Below are positions 62,904-64,000 of a DNA stretch of 64,000 bases, piece by piece. The stretch lies in IMG/VR virus record IMGVR_UViG_3300033463_000088, positions 11,081-75,080 of that record, one strand, 5' to 3'. The position numbers were made by a program, and so were the translations under genes. Source of the DNA: a virus. Taxonomy: Duplodnaviria > Caudoviricetes. The stretch's first letter is position 1. Each line of letters starts with the position of its first letter. The notes below the pieces were generated by a model. That model saw only the letters and a list, made by a program, of their open reading frames with translations, was not told the origin of the DNA and made no database searches.

Positions 62904-64000
62904 AAAAATAAAAAATCTGGCTACTTTCGTTTAGGTTTACAATAGTTTACCTGTTTCCGTAGTCAGATTTTAAACTTGTAGAGGGTATAGAACTTGAAGT
63001 CCGTCCACCTCTGGACAAATAGAAGAGCCAAACCCTTCCATGACGAGACTAACTCTCATGTTTCCCCAGCTTTATCTTCTCTCTACCATTTCTGGTTAAT
63101 TACCTATTTGTTAATGGCTTTGAACCAAACACTTCAAGATTCGGATCATTAGCAGGTCATGCTGCCTCAAAGATAGGTCCGATGGTTTAGTCTTAGATCT
63201 CTACATCGAGTCAAATAGGCTGAAGGAGTCCACTTACACTTACAGATTCCGATTTCGGCTCCTGTTCGGAAATAGTTTTGAGTCAATCAAGGACAAAAAG
63301 CCTATAAGTACAACATCCAGTACTGGGTGGTGGAACTATTTAATTAATGTATTGGTTCATTTCTACCTAAAGAAGTAATTAACTTCACCCACCAATAAGG
63401 CCTTTATCGCTCAAGAGTTATACCTCCGACGAACGGTTTTATATTGCCACCGAAAATTACTAGTGCATATTATTTTAATTCCCAGCAACCTAGCATACCT
63501 TTTCTCGTGATTATCTTTCGTATAAGTTAGATAATCATTCGCTTTGGTTTTTATCCAAAGAACATCGGGAATTTTATAAAGTTTTAACGGAATTGAGGCA
63601 TATACAGCCAGCTTTCAACCTAGCACCTATTTGGCAGTCAAACTTCAAGAGCCGGACCACCCATTTGTAACTTAATACCAGATATTCAGTGCATTGCCGA
63701 CATCATCTCATTCCTTAGGTGAGAAGGCTTCTTAGGCTCGCCGGCGCTCCATTGCTGGAGAATTTATAATCACACCACGTCCAGCCATGCATTGAACCCC
63801 CGAATCCGGGGAACTGGCATAGGTGTAATTAGCATAAGGGGCCATACTCGTGGTATAACCCATTACAATACTGCTCTTACATAAGATAAGGCAGAGAGTA
63901 AGTTCCCGAAATTATTTACTTACAGTGGATTCGGTTTAGGCGGTAGATACCACTGATACTTCCAAACATTACTGCTTTTTACGAGTGTGTCTCTCGGGAG
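62904..64000 (-). ncRNA. Candidate large structured non-coding RNA (GOLLD/ROOL-like class), 5' part beyond the window
   Basis: More than 1 kb with no track ORF, visibly more GC-rich than the flanks, many short perfect helices, and a long 3' stem with a U-tract. Family not identified. Confidence 0.55.

Noticed and set aside
62904-64000. tRNA, tmRNA, RNase P or group II intron in the non-coding end
   Set aside because: I found no complete T-arm with paired stem or CCA cloverleaf, no GAGGAAAGUCC and no domain V consensus. GGTTCAAT at ~63790 lacks a T-stem. A covariance search is still needed.
1-64000. CRISPR array, integrase/att site or IS element
   Set aside because: No regularly spaced direct repeats and no transposase or integrase motifs were seen.
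1-64000. Bacterial chromosome origin for the folate genes
   Set aside because: They are interleaved with phage-type hypothetical genes and contiguous with a phage replisome and fibre genes sharing the same promoter motifs and stop-codon usage.

Overview
This window is an internal ~64 kb piece of a large, AT-rich tailed dsDNA phage, probably from a gut or rumen community, with strong AGGAG Shine-Dalgarno sites. Almost all genes are on the minus strand. The supplied ORF track is misleading because the phage reads TGA as Trp (genetic code 4). Re-read that way, dozens of fragments fuse into intact genes of up to 2387 aa, and every gene stop I checked is TAA or TAG. Layout: (1) 1-7.9 kb, replisome (beta-clamp-like, PolA, gp32-like SSB, primase, DnaB, DnaC-like loader) plus dUTPase. 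(2) 8-18.1 kb, a folate and nucleotide operon (folD, fhs, DHFR, a ThyA-family enzyme, two HD-like proteins, a MazG-like and an N-deoxyribosyltransferase-like protein). (3) 18.3-23.5 kb, an inverted cassette encoding a 1595-aa multidomain GH2 glycosidase. (4) 23.6-60.4 kb, tail-fibre and adhesin genes (S74-chaperoned fibre, LamG, His-x-His needle, Ig-like, CotH kinases, LRR, Cthe_2159-like), a GHMP and P-loop kinase pair, and holin-like genes. (5) 60.4-62.8 kb, early-type genes. (6) 62.9-64 kb, a non-coding, hairpin-dense region. The best leads are these. TGA-Trp is almost confined to late genes (about 70 codons by hand count, against 1 in the early blocks). The ThyA homologue has Asp at the dUMP/dCMP specificity position and sits with a complete formate-to-methylene-THF cycle, making it a candidate 5-methyl- or 5-hydroxymethylcytosine genome system. 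A TGCTAAATTA motif recurs upstream of late genes and looks like a promoter. The right end may encode a large ncRNA. All family assignments come from motif recognition by eye; no searches were run.
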